From the NCBI GenBank assembly GCA_000708835.1, contig DF237110.1, forward strand, positions 1-64,000: a DNA stretch of 64,000 bases, in the 5' to 3' direction. A program made the position numbers and the translations under genes. This DNA comes from Klebsormidium nitens (lineage: Eukaryota; Plantae; Klebsormidiophyceae). This document shows, in pieces, positions 1 through 11,600 of the stretch. Position 1 is the first letter of the stretch; each line of letters opens with the position of its first letter. The notes beneath the pieces are model-generated. The model was not told where the DNA came from and did no database searches. It saw only the letters and a list, made by a program, of their open reading frames with translations.

Positions 1-3000
1 TCTTGATCAGTGTGCCTTCCCTCTTGCATTGCACAGCATTCCCCTTGAGAACATCGGAGTCTTATCCCCAGAGTTCAATCTGCGGCCTTGCCCAGACAGC
101 TGGAACAATCCTTTCGCAGGGAACGCGAGTACGTGGCATTCGTTGGTTATCACTGGACACGTGTCGGTTTTGCATTCAAGGATGTACAATCAAGCCTATG
201 ATTTGAACGCTTTATGCGCGTTGGTCAATAAAGAGAGTGGCAGGGAGCGAGCCTTTGGGGTTGTGGCTACTTTAGAACCAGGAATGTTCAATTTGTCGAC
301 GTATAGGACTTATCCAGAGTGTGAGGCGGCCACAGGAGAGAAATGTAAAACATACAAGAGCACTCCGTATCACCCCGGTTTCATTCACTCGCTTCGAGAA
401 GAAGCGCTGATAACTGGTTACAAACATACAAGTTCTAATTAGTTGGCACCTTGATTTGTCACATAGGACAGACATAACTAAAATGTTGGAGGTTGTCTTG
501 TAACTAGTCAACGTCTGCTTTGCCGCATGATGGTAGGGAAAGCGGTATATAAGCTGAACGAATCGTTCTAGTATCTGAATTAGGTACAAGTTTTCCAGCT
601 CGCCAATTGCTCTGCTCTCAAAATTGAGTTTTCTCTTATCCTTTCAATGATCCTCAAATCTGCATACAATCCGGCCAGATCTCCGAGTCAAACAAAAGCA
701 TTATGCTATTTAAGTTTCAAAAAGGTGCTTCTCCCCCGAAGCCCCGGATTGCCATGCTGCTATTGTGCCTTTCACGGAATGTGAGAACGCTGGACCCACA
801 TGAGCGGCATGCCTCGAGATCCGATTTGCAGTGCTGGTCATGCTATACCCAAGATTTGTCAGCTCTACAAGTCGGAGAGTTCCCAAATCATCTATGTGCA
901 TTTGGCATCGATCCTCCCATGATGTGCCAACTCATGCGTGGTGCACTGATTGCAGCGCACTGATATCCAAATCGAGGTGAGCTGCAGACTGTACTTCAAT
1001 TCAACCGCCCGTGCCTGATGGAATCAGAGCCAGTAAGGCAAAGTGGCAGCTTTGAGTACGTACGTGCATTCCTACAGTCATACATTGGGTCCTATTATCA
1101 ATGCCTTCGAGTTACTGATCAACCAAATCTGGCTCAAAAGTATCAAGAGAAACTTATATTGACTGATCACTGCCACAGTACTTTGGTCATGCCGTTGTTA
1201 GCCGACTTGAGCACCTAACAACCTTGTAATCATGGCAGTGGGTTTACCCGCCAGATCCGACGGCTATGTGCATATCTTTCTTCGTGGTGGAGGCACGAAA
1301 CAGGAGCAGATTGCTAATCTGCCGGACTCGCGAGCTAGGTACGGAGGGGTCCGCGAGTTGGATTCAAATGACTACCAAGCATGCCGCCCTTTGATAAAAG
1401 ACTTTGGCTTTTCATGAACCGCATCACGTTCGGGGCCGCTAGGCGTGAATTGCTTTGAAAAGTCACTCTGACGTGGGCGGTCAAGGGTGTTCATTTAAAA
1501 TCCAACTTATGAGCTCTTTCAGACATTGAGAACTCACCCATAAACAGCAACAACTTGTATAGATTGAAGCGTGAACCAGGCAAACATGAATCTACTAGTC
1601 CGCAGAATCACCATTTTGTCAAAATGGGCACCGCGGGACGCCTTGTAGCGTTTCTCGTATCATAATCACTATCAGACTGTTGATCGAAGGAGTCGACCAA
1701 CAAAAAGGGTGGATCACATGAGACTAATCTGGAAGTCAATGATTCTACGCTATCCTAAGCCCCAGGTCGCTGATCTATCCGTATCTGTGAATCTGATACG
1801 CTCCGCTTCACGGTAAGCTAGCGTCTGGCAGATGCGGATCCGGAATAAGACGTCCAACTATTTGCGGTCAGATTAATCCCTGTCCGTGTCAAGTCTGATT
1901 CTGTTGCTAATAAACACACGTGCAGCCATCCCTGCCCTAATTTTTAGAGACATCTAGCTTGTCTCTGTAGCCACGAAAAGAAAGGGGAATAGATTCTCGT
2001 GTGAAGATCTAGAGCTACTTACATCACTCATGAAACAGGTCAAGCTGCTTTGACGTCAAGCCCGAAGCTCGACAGGGCCGCCTTTATTGCAAATACCGGT
2101 AGAGGAAGCAGAGAATTCGAAATCACTTCGCCGCCATCATAGCCGGAGTGTCGCTTTTATTCCCAATGACTGTCTTGCAGGATAACCGGCTTACAACACG
2201 CCCGGTCGACCGAAATCACCTGAAACGAAGGCAAGTGAATGTTCAATCAGAGTCGTGCGGTTTGCAGAACTTGAGAAGCTGCACAACCGAACAGCTCGTA
2301 AGGTTCTGGACAGCTCAGATTTTGAAGCTCGAAGTTGGCAGGTTTAGCGCTGACGTTGTCGAGCTTCAAGAGCCCACAAAGCAGAGAGTTTTGCACGGCC
2401 TCAGCAATCTTCGCAAAGCTGGCAAACGCGGATTGCTGGCGCGCTGAAGTTTGGGCAGCACTGGAAACCATGTAAGTGATACTGGAGCCCACAGGAGATT
2501 TTGTCTGCTAAGCAGGCTGGTTACGAGAGTCGAGGCTTGGGTTATTGGACAAGTAACCGGTAGTTGACGTTTCTTTTGAGCTGGTTACCGCCCGAGTCCG
2601 GTTTTTGGACAGTCAACCACTTCTAGACCAGCTCATAACCATCCGTGGTTAAGGGCCAAAATTCCGTGTGGCCAAGATCCGAAAGTCTAGCACAGAGGAA
2701 GGGCCGTACCAAGTCCGTCAGCATGTGGCGACCATTGCAGTGTCTAATCTTCTTCACTGTCGCCAAATAGGCCGATCGCAGAAGCTTCCAAACTCGGGCG
2801 ACAAAGATGCACCCCAGCGGTCAGTATGTTCCGTCTCATAAAGACGCAGTCACTCATGCCCACTTTGAGATATCCGGAAACACATCAATCTAGATCTACA
2901 CAAATCAGATCGGGCAGCAGTCTTTTCTTGGTTCATGCCGCACGAGGTACTGTTTACCGGGCGGTGATCGTGCTGATGAGCCTTTGAAACGCGCTCACCT

Positions 3001-4431
3001 GACTAGTAGCCCTCGTTCGCCAGTCTGAAAAAGCTTTCGGAGGGCAGGCAGTCGAGATACGCTCGCCCGCAGTTCAGGGTCTCCGGGCAATACCAAGTGT
3101 TCTGCAGGGCGAGGGGAAAGTTTCGTCAGTGTTTGAAGCGCGCATAGCCTCCTTCTCTCACGCCTCTAGGCCACAGCAAAATGTCTAGACTATGATTTAC
3201 GGACACAAGAGGGGACCGTTTCCCTCAGTCTGGCCTGTTCCGCCCCTGTGCTTTGGTACGGAAGTTGCTGCCTGCCAAAAGTCGTCAACAAATTGAGAGC
3301 TCTTTTGAGCTCTTCCGTGGGCCTAGAGAGTGGTTCTTTTGCATGCGTCTGAATTTGAAAGAAACCAGCGTACTGATATAGCCACCCTTTGAACGAATCG
3401 AAGCGTGCTTGCAGCTTTATGCTCGATGATTGTCTACTAGAGTGCCCAACTCAAGCTCGGCCTCACATATCCATCCAAGAGCACCTTACAGAATATACTC
3501 CGTGCCTTTCAGAAAGCTGGACCCGTCTGAATTTCTTCCTTTACTCCGACTTCAACCCAAACATCTCTGTGAGCTCTGGCCTAAGTAGAACTTACCCCGT
3601 TGAAGTTGCACGGATTCGGTCCACTGTCAGGATCTCCGGTTGCATACGGACTGACGCCAGGCTCTGCCAGGATGAGGGCAGGGACTGCAGAAGTTGGGCA
3701 GAAAGGAAGGTTTAGCAAAATATTATTGAAGGTAACGCTCCTTGTTTCAATACATCTGCTGCACTTGCCACCTTCTCAGCGCCCAGCAAAGGTTCACGAA
3801 TATACTAGGAATACAAAGGTGCCAGCCTGAGGGGCCAGTAGCCCAGCCTATGAACGTTTTGAGACTCTTCCAAGAGGTTTTCTGATCAGAGCTGATCTCT
3901 CAAGAATTGAAGAGGCACAAGAATTAAACCCACTTGGGTGGAGCATTTGAGAAAGTTCAGAAGGCTTTCTGGTTGGATTGAAGCAAAGTAGAGTCCCTAG
4001 CTGATCCACCTGGGCACACTGGCTTAGTGGGTTGAGCTAGACAGAAGCAAAGCAGACTGAATTTTACCAAGACTGTCTGCTTGGCAAAGGTATGCTCCAA
4101 TAGGCTAACCCCATCTGACTGGCCAGATCTAGCTGCAACGAAATCTAGATTGTACAAAAGACCAAGTCCGCAAGCAGTCTCGATCTTTTGAAACTCCTAG
4201 GCCTCTTTGTTTTCTTCAGCCTTTTAAAAAAAATCTCCACAAGGCAGATCTAGACTTACAGGGGCAAAAAAACCCTGAGTGCGCCACTCGACTCGTCCAA
4301 TGGCCTCATTCTTGATCTCCTTTTGCAGATCTCTGACCGCACAATCTGCGCCAGCGCGAGGTCTCCCTCAAGGAGAGCACAAACTGGTGCAGGAAAAGGC
4401 TAGCCTACCATTAAAAGTAGGACAAAGCTTC

Positions 4432-5211
4432 TCAAAGAGGTTCAAGTGCCTTATTTGATCCCTCACTTGGGTCTCCACCCCCGCCAATCGCCTCGCACAC
4501 GCCGGCGCTCCCGTCGCCCAGGCACTGGGACCCAAAAGGGCAGCAGTACGGCTCCCCAGGGATCCCTTCTGGGGAGGGGGGAGGTGTGCACTGCACCAAG
4601 CATGCGCTGGTATCTTGCATCAACGATCGCCGCATCCCAAGGGGAGTTCCGTCAGCTTCCGGGATTGAGGGGAGTGTTCGAGCGCTGCAAACAGCCTGCA
4701 AAACAGAAGGAAAGATGATTGAGAGACGCCGGCAAACTACCGCTTGATCTCTCGATCGCGAAAGAATGCGGGGTCAATGGGGGGCGTTGCATTGGATTCT
4801 GGTCAAGCGCTCAAATAACGCACTAGCTATGATGTACGTTCAAGCCCCGAGTGTAAGCTTTACCAGACGCGCACTCGAGTTCCTTCGTAATGTCAATCTT
4901 AGCTCCAAAATTCCCTTACAATCAAAAGTCTTGACAAGTGTGAAACCACAGTGCCACGCGAGACCATCTCAGGGGTTGCATGTCATACACTAGGCGTCCT
5001 TCATCTCCTCTTCTTAATAAAACGTCAGATCCATGTGGAGTGCTGGGCCGAACCCGCACAAATCGAGCTGCTAAACTGCCCACGTTCCAAAAGTCCGCCG
5101 CACGTGTAGCGCAGTGACTTTCAAAACAGGAAAAGCTGGAAAAAGTCTCACCAAGTAAGTCACCAGTACCACGGCGACACTCCTCAGCTTCACTGCAAGC
5201 TTCCGCTCCAT
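4432..5211 (-). CDS. Small secreted Cys-rich peptide precursor (107 aa, 2 exons: 5211-5152, 4695-4432)
   Basis: Exon 1 MERKLAVKLRSVAVVLVTYL ends at TTG|GTGAGA (phase 0). Exon 2 follows ttttgcag| and reads AVCSARTLPSIPEADGTPLGMRRSLMQDTSACLVQCTPPPSPEGIPGEPYCCPFGSQCLGDGSAGVCEAIGGGGDPSEGSNKALEPL*. The spliced product is a signal peptide, a pro-region ending RRSLMQ, and C-x3-C-x14-CC-x5-C-x8-C. An in-frame upstream ATG at 5217 is an alternative start. Confidence 0.75.
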
Positions 5212-5655
5212 CCCCATGCAGCTGATGCGTGCGACCATTGCAAAGGCGAGCTGGGGATTTCTATGAGAAAGTGCTGCACCAATCAGTCCCGCAGGGAAGG
5301 GAGTATGATAACAGGAGCTGCCGCGCGCCTGATTGCAGCAACACCCTGATCGAGATCTACAAGATTCAAACAACCTAACAAGCTTGACACTGACCTGAGA
5401 TCTACAAGCGCTAGTAAACGCTAGTGCAGCTTGTGAAGATAGCTACTAGCTTGTAATTAGCTTGGAGTCATGAGAAGGGTGAGGCTTCCAGACTGAACAA
5501 GAGGGGAAGCGTTGTCTTACTCTTTTCCGACCATGTAAGCAGGGAGTGGCCCAGCCAGTAGTATGAAGGCAGCAGTGCGCCTAGTGGGATCTCTTCACAC
5601 TTGGTGAAGGAGTCCGTAGGGAGGCTATGCTACCTACCGTAATTGCTATGTCGGA

Positions 5656-5943
5656 GTACTGCATGGGCTCTGTACTACGTACCTACGTACCTGGTGCAAA
5701 GCAGCTCTTGGTAACGGCTTGTCAGGCCGTACTGGTAGTGTCACGGCTGCTTGCCAATTCCAGTAAAGGTACCCTACTATCCCGATACAGATAGTACCTA
5801 CCTACACCGTACCTACCCTCCGCTACGGCCTTCTTGAAAGAAGTACCGTACCTACGGTATATAGGTATGTACCGGCATGGCAGGCCGCCGGAGTATCGGA
5901 TACAAGACTTCAATCTAGAAGAAGTAAGCTTCAGGTAAAGTAC
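5656..5943. promoter_or_regulatory. GTAC-motif cluster upstream of the peptide gene (candidate SBP/SPL- or CRR1-type sites)
   Basis: 12 GTAC tetramers counted in 288 bp (about 1 expected at uniform composition), 450-730 bp upstream of the ATG at 5211. Function is inferred only. Confidence 0.3.
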
Positions 5944-6072
5944 GGTAAGCCAAGCAGCCTGGGACGGGTGGGTTAGGGTGGGCTTCGCTGTGGAGTGGGT
6001 GAATTTCAGGGTTAGGTTTTTAGTGTTAGGGTGGGAGCTTACTACATGCCTCGAGTTAAATCGAAAATACAT
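5903..6072. mobile_element. Degenerate copy of the G-rich-core MITE family
   Basis: Core gggacgggtgggttagggtggg...ggttaggtttttagtgttag is shared with the 52746 and 58820 elements. Flanked by tatcggata (5894-5902) and aatcggata (6073-6081), an 8/9 match. TIRs are weak. Confidence 0.5.
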
Positions 6073-8656
6073 AATCGGATAAATTTTGACCTTCACCGTG
6101 ACTCCAGAGTCGCAGGGTGACAGGCGTTTGAGAACAGACTCCGACAGAGGATCCGCTCATGTGCAGAATTGAGGTGCCCAGCCCGGGCACCTAAACTTGA
6201 ATTCCTAACCCAACAATCTACAAGCTGCGCACCCGCGAGCCGCAATCAGCATCACCCTAACCACCTAGCTAACCCCACTCGTCCTCCGGGTGCTCATTGT
6301 AGTGCAATCGGCTCGAGCCTCGGATCGACGGAATTTACTGTCCGTGTCGACACCTTTACTTTGTCTCTGGTTCGGGACTCGAAGCTCCATATCTCGGTCA
6401 CCGGTGGTCCGGACTCCGAAGACGACCTAGGTACCGGTACCCTCAGAGCCCCAATTATGTAGCTGTAGGTATTACCGAATTCACTACAGTACCTGACAAG
6501 TGTCAGGCAAGTACCTAGCAACACCTAGCAAGTAAGTACTGATCTGCGGCAAATCGATCTCTGACCAGCGCCTTGCTGGCCACAAACTTCACAACGCTTA
6601 TAATACGGTCAGTGAGGTTAGAAGTACCGATCCATTGTGATCCCATTTAGGGGCAATGAGGGGCTTTCACGGCCGGCCAGGTTCCTGCTTATTACCTATT
6701 ACCTGCACCTGCTTATCACTCGAATCCAATGAGCCAAGAGGGAGCCAAGCCGCTTTCTCCAGGTGCAAGCCAGTCGGCCAAATTGCGCCAGGCACTGAGA
6801 GGCGGGCCCACGGCAAACGTTGCCGCACTACCTAGCTTGTTTCCATTAGCAGGAGTCTCGGTCGACACGTATACCGCTGGGTAATCTACTAGGAGTGAGC
6901 CAATGGACGCCAAATGAAGGCGAAGAATGAAGGCAAGGTGAAGGTAATCTGGTAAGCATGAGCAATGCCTGCTTTAACAGCAAATTCTGATCAAAGTGAG
7001 CTGAAGCGTTGGTATTCGAGCCTCGCCACCGGCGTTGCCACAAACAGGCTGCAAACTGCAGCTGCATAAGCCTGTCGGTTGAGTAAGGAGACCGCATTCC
7101 TACGGCGCAACGGCAACGGCAGGCGGCAAACTGGCGTACTGCATCAGACGACATGGTTTCTACGTGGAGCCCATGAACGCCTGAATTTCTTAGCTGACCC
7201 TTATTAGTGACCAACGTGGATTCGTAGCTGAAAACTTTGGAGTCCTTCTCGCTGGAAGGGGAGCTTCAGTTGAACGCTCACTCTTACTATCGCAGGCCCA
7301 CGGTCGAATGAAACCGCCAGCAGCCACCTATGACTCGACCCAGTAAAGTGCGACCCAAGTATTCCGTGCCTTGGCTTGATTCAAAGCAGGTACAGATCTG
7401 CTGAGATTGTTGGGCAGGCCTGGCGGCGCAGCGCAATCCTCAGGTGACCGCGTTTCCTTAATCTTCATACTGAAATTCTGGTTCATGCACTCTAGCTTAC
7501 GGTTCTGTACCTTGACAGTTGACCTGGTTAAGTGGTACAGACAATGCAAGAACATCAGATGGGTCCACAAATCGGCGGTTTCTTTTTCGTCTTTATAAGA
7601 GATGCCGTTGGGGTGCTGCATAACCTCTGCCAAGGCGCCGTGAGCGATGATCCTGCGGGCCGCATCAAAGCTCATAAGAGAAACATGTAGGCCAGGGGTT
7701 ATTGGAGATCCAAAGCAGTGACAGTAGTTCTCAAGGCCATTGCTGTGGCTGCCTGGAGTTGCCGCTCTGAGTTTCGGTCTTTTTCCAAAAAAGGTTATCT
7801 GCACTTTGGGTGGTTGGCTGCGGGATGGTGTACTTGAAAGCTCGTGTCGCCTCGCACTGCATCTGGCCTTTTTCAAAGTGGCTATCTAAATCACGGATAC
7901 TTGTCCGCAGGGTGGTGTGAATAAGGTCTCGTGTTTGTTTGCCCTGCGTCAAGCTAGCTACTCTTTTCACGTAGGATGCATTTGATGGAACAGTAAGTAG
8001 CCCGCGCTCTTTGACAAGTCTTGAGCGACTCAGCTTATCATTGGTCCACTCTGTGAAGTTGTGACATCAACCGAATGATGCCCAACTAAAGCCAGCAACC
8101 ATTTCAAAGTTGAAGGCACCAGATCTCTTGGTAACGTTAAAGTCTGCTTCGACCCAAGTTCTATTGAAAGCAGATCATTCCTCTTCGTAAAACAATACGT
8201 CCTTCTTTTGGAAGTGGTTGGGACCTTCTGTTCTTGCCCCGGCCCTAAAATAAAGCAAGCCCTTACGAGCTCTTTCGAATTATCAGATCGAACTACAAGG
8301 CGATTAGTTTTTAAAGCTTTCCAGTCCCATTTCAGAAGCAGTCAATTTCTTTAGCCTGACGCAAATCAACATATGAATGCCATTGCCGAGAGAGGGCGGT
8401 TAACGCTCAATCCAGCTTTATGCCAGCCCGCTTGTGTGCATACACTCCGCATCAAAAAGCGACGTCATGGTCCTCTGACACGTAGGCGCGCGCAGTGCGA
8501 TCGAATACACCAAGTCGGAGCACGGACTCCTTCTTTCTTCGAGAACCACTTTGTGCCGGATCCGAACGTTCTCTGGCAAGCCAGTGGTCACATTCTCAAC
8601 AACTCGTTCTAGCTCCTAACAAAGCGTGGTTAAGCAAACCTGGATCTTCACGCAGG

Positions 8657-11600
8657 ATGGGTGCCTTTCAGCGGAAGCCGTTTGCCTCTCCAACCGGCAC
8701 CAGCTACCTCCTCCGGATCCTGTACGTCCTGTTTCTATGCCTAGGGAGCATATTTTTAGTCCTTCTACCAATGGAGGAACACAGGATCGTCCTCATGCTG
8801 GATTTCCGCCCGTCCACGTGGGCAGTGCTCCGGGAGTACGGCTTCACGGAAGCGGCAGTCGAGGCGATGCCGCGACAATACGTCCGAAACGTGATGGTGA
8901 GTGTTGGAATTTTCCTTCTTTGGGATGCGAAACGCTTTGCTTACTTCCTTCGCCTTGACGAGTTCGCTGCTGGAGTGCGGTTGCTTCGTTTGCTGCTTCC
9001 CATTCCATTCTATTCCTTCTCGTTTCGCTCCGTTCTTCCGTTCTGTTCCGGCAGGACAGAACTTGAACCGGCTTCGAAAATAGCCTCACGCTCGCATAAA
9101 CTTGAGGGGAAATTAACAGAAGATCCAGTATGGGGGCAAGACTAAACTTGAGTGTTCTTTTGAGAAGCTTTGGATAGGTCTTGGATTCAGTAGAGAGCTC
9201 AAAGTGCCTCAAGTGCCTCAACCTCTAATCAACCTCAGAACGACCCTTCAAATCTCGGAACGACCTCAGAAGGATTGTCAAGTTCTGACTTCTTGCATCT
9301 TTGCAAACCACTGCAATACTTAAGGCTTGAAACCCGAGCTTCTTTGAAGCGGTACGATCAGTCAGCTCGGCAGAACGTCCAAACCGTCTGTTACGGGCAC
9401 AAACTAACTCAAACCGTGCCTGATGGCGCTGTCAGATGCAGGGGATCACGTGGCAAGCGCGCATCCCCTGATCCCCGCATAACATACAATTTTAAGGCGG
9501 ATCAACAGCATACTTCGAGTCCTGGAATCGGATGCCATTTGCCGTACGTGGGATCCTATCTCGGCACAACACGTGGAGCGCGTCTTTGCAGGGGTCGTAC
9601 TCGCGGGCCAAGCAAAAGGGGCTGTCTAAGGTGCTCCTCATCCACGTGCAACACGGGCTGAGCAACCGGATCCGGGGCTACCTCAGTGCAAAAGCGTTTG
9701 CCAACGCGACAGGTGGGCACTTTTATGTGTGGGCAGTCCTGAAATGTAATTCGATCTTAGTATATCCGCAATCTTGCTGATTCCATGGAGGCAGAAACGA
9801 TGTCTCCAGCAGCCCAGGGAAACACTCCTATTCCAAGACATGTGTCGTCTTCAACTTGGGAGCCATAGCGGGCTGTTGCTCCTACGTCTGAGCTAGAGAC
9901 TCCGTATCTGAGAAGCTGCCCTTGACCGAATCCGAGGCGGCGACTTGGCCCAACTCCGCGGCGATCTCATCTCAGAACTGGTTTAAAAGCTTTGCGGAGC
10001 GGGACTCCGTGGATGTGTCCAGCATCCATGCAAACGAGCCAGGAATGTGGAACAAGTCTTGAAAGCCAGCCTTGTATAGAGACAATCCCTTTCTCAAGCC
10101 TGGGAAATCCAAGATCTCACCTTCATAACTGGTAAACACGGTATATAAGCGCATCGCACTAAATCCTGGACCAGGAAGTTTAGAATGTTTTGAGCAAAAT
10201 TCTGTTTCGGCCTCCGTTGCAGGCCGCCACCTGCGCGTCATCTGGATCCCGGACGAGCACTGCCGCGCGCGCTTCCCAGACCTCTTTCTAAACGACGAAG
10301 ACGTAGCGGATACGTTTTGGGAGGACGAAGTCTCGGGGGCGAACTTCGATGCGTACGACTATATGCATCCCGCCACTAAGTACCAGTTCATTGCGGACGG
10401 GCCACGTCATATTTACGTGCGCTCTGCTTTCCTGCTTAATGGACCGGCGGGCGCGGGGCAAGATGTAAGTGAGATGCGACTCGAGCGCGAAGCGCTGAAC
10501 GGTCTCTGAGCAACCCAATGTAAGGAGTTTGAGAGTTTCTAGAAACGTGACTCGTATGTTCTGCCTGCTTTGGCTGTCTCAGTTGATTACTATATACCTC
10601 GTACAGCTGTCCGATCAGCGCGTCGCTTGCTTGGACAGCGACCCACTTTGAGGCACATCCAAGACCCCGCAATCTGGACTACCAAACAGCCTCTGAGTGG
10701 AAGGCCGTTAACATCGGCAGCTGTCAAGCGCGCCAAGTTGATCAAGGACAAACTGCTTTTGAAACTCTTCAGGCTTCCAGCCTTGCGCGGCAGTTCCAGG
10801 AATTGGACCCAGTTGACAGCATCAAAGACGCCCTCCGGCCGTTTCACGCCGTCGGCTGCCACGTGGCACGCGAGTGGTGGCCCTGCATAGCGTATGTGGG
10901 CGTGCACATCCGGCAGGGGCAAATCGGCTTGGGCGAAGGTGAGTCTGCCTCGTGGCCAATGACTCTTCCATTGCACACTGGTGGGGAGGACTTTTGTGAA
11001 GGATTTTCGTGAAGAAGGTTTAACTACGCCTTTTCGTGGCGTCAAGGGCACACGTTGATTGGTTATTTTCGGGAGTAACACAATCTGGAGGAATTGCAGG
11101 AAGGACTTGTAAAACCTTGGGGCCGAGGCTGGGGTTGATAGGCATTGGAAGAAGTGGTGGTGAGTCTTTGAATCGAATCAAGAACCGCAGCTTTCCAGCG
11201 TTCTTTCTTCGGGGCAGTTGGCCTCTCAATTTCCGAACCTTAGCAGCGCCGGTCCTCCGCGAGCCGGCCCCCAATCCGTTTTCAGTCTGGAGGAAGTCCA
11301 TTTTGCCCAGGGTCGCAAAAGGTCAGCGGAACCTGGAATGTACCAAAAAGGTATTGTATAATCGTTTACGGCCACCTCGGGACATGCAAGGAAACAGCAT
11401 GCAGAATCACAATTTGGAGTGATCCCCTTGCACCCAATCCAAACAAGCAGAACCTCCAACCGATAGCCGGTTCTCGTCAGTGCACACAACACTATGAACC
11501 CCCGGTTATTTGCAGAATACCTGGGCACTCCCGAGGACGTTTCCGCCTACTCACCCGAGGACCGCGCGGCGCTGAACCTCGCGCGTGCCATGGCTCGCAC

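Noticed and set aside
29-442. 137-aa ORF at the window edge and nearby short ORFs to ~1420
   Set aside because: No motif I recognise, no convincing splice context, and no GC-rich exon signature. It could be a TE remnant but cannot be supported.
2515-2640. Two ~62-bp imperfect units, each with ggttac...gtaacc/gtcaacc stems
   Set aside because: Only two degenerate units, with no TSD or spacer structure found.
7328-7876. 182-aa minus-strand ORF
   Set aside because: The central part looks protein-like, but it has no identifiable domain or splice partner and the start is non-ATG.
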